DNA from: Rhizodiscina lignyota | Taxonomy: Eukaryota | Length of the DNA stretch: 64,000 nucleotides | Assembly (NCBI GenBank): GCA_010015805.1 | Contig: ML978123.1 | Coordinates: 1,550,001 to 1,614,000, forward strand | Reading direction: 5' to 3' | Notes under the pieces: generated by a model | The model's database searches: none | What the model saw: the letters and a program-made list of their open reading frames with translations, nothing else | What the model was told of the DNA's origin: nothing | Shown: piece by piece, positions 63,538-64,000 of the stretch | Layout: every line of letters begins with the position of its first letter | How positions within the stretch are numbered: the first letter of the stretch is position 1 | Translations under genes and position numbers: made by a program

Positions 63538-64000
63538 TTAGAGAGGGATGTCTACCTGCGTGTATGGCCGCAGAACGACTGGTTCTGTGAGTCCATAAGG
63601 CTGAGGCCCATAAGTCGCCGCGTATTGCGCTTGCTCCCAAGATTGAGTGACATTCACTTGAAGCAGCCGATTACGCATCGTTGTCGAGACCTCTATCTTT
63701 ACGTCGTTCACGCCTTTGATCAGATAGTCGCCGACATCAATGACCGGATTCTCCACATCAATTGGGCCTGTCCACCGGCCATTGACCCACAGTCGCGCAG
63801 TCATGAACACATCGCCGAAGTCCAGATAGGCACCGTTAATACCGCTCAGCGGACTCCACGAAAATTTAGTCGTGTATGTGCCAATGCCGGAAGAGTTTTC
63901 AAGCCCAGTGATGTTCGGCCACGGTATCAGCTCGTCGAGGGTGTAATTATGATAAGCGAAGACCGACGTATAGTTGTTCCATTTGTTGGGGTTTGGCAGC
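63538..64000 (-). CDS. C-terminal beta-sandwich of a probable GH106 (alpha-L-rhamnosidase-like) glycosidase; partial
   Basis: LIPWPNITGLENSSGIGTYTTKF..AYLDFGDVFMTARLWVNG..GVNDVKIEVSTTMRNRL..YGLTEPVVLRPY. The catalytic domain is outside the window. Confidence 0.7.
   Translation of the reverse strand, partial: LPNPNKWNNYTSVFAYHNYTLDELIPWPNITGLENSSGIGTYTTKFSWSPLSGINGAYLDFGDVFMTARLWVNGRWTGPIDVENPVIDVGDYLIKGVNDVKIEVSTTMRNRLLQVNVTQSWEQAQYAATYGPQPYGLTEPVVLRPYTQVDIPL

Overview
Gene-dense, intron-containing DNA from a filamentous ascomycete (Pezizomycotina; Dothideomycete-like is my impression only). No rRNA, tRNA, CRISPR or intact transposon was seen. About 27 protein-coding genes are supported. Housekeeping and signalling: ATM1 3' end, an Rco1-like double-PHD protein, Cdb4/Ebp1, SNF5, Fus3/Kss1-type MAPK, Pil1/Lsp1-family protein, FCP1, Asn-tRNA synthetase, ADP/ATP carrier, ERG24. 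Accessory: FAD monooxygenase, metallophosphoesterase, DOPA 4,5-dioxygenase, GH7 cellobiohydrolase, Dabb barrel, peptidase C45/AAT, MFS sugar porter, GH106-like C-terminus, F-box-like and RING proteins. The most unusual part is 0.8-8.4 kb around the PHD gene. Upstream of it lies a non-coding array of about 8 degenerate units of roughly 147 bp, with a Pol III B-box-like core and alternating subtypes. Downstream lie a decayed paralogous fragment of the gene itself and duplicated, RIP-like-mutated blocks rich in MluI (MCB) motifs. Features the ORF track misses: a 4-exon 56-aa Cys/His microprotein, a start codon split by an intron, a probable long twice-spliced AUG-free MAPK leader, and a shattered Zn2Cys6 transcription-factor pseudogene. 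All calls come from reading by eye; no searches were run and splice sites are inferred from consensus motifs.
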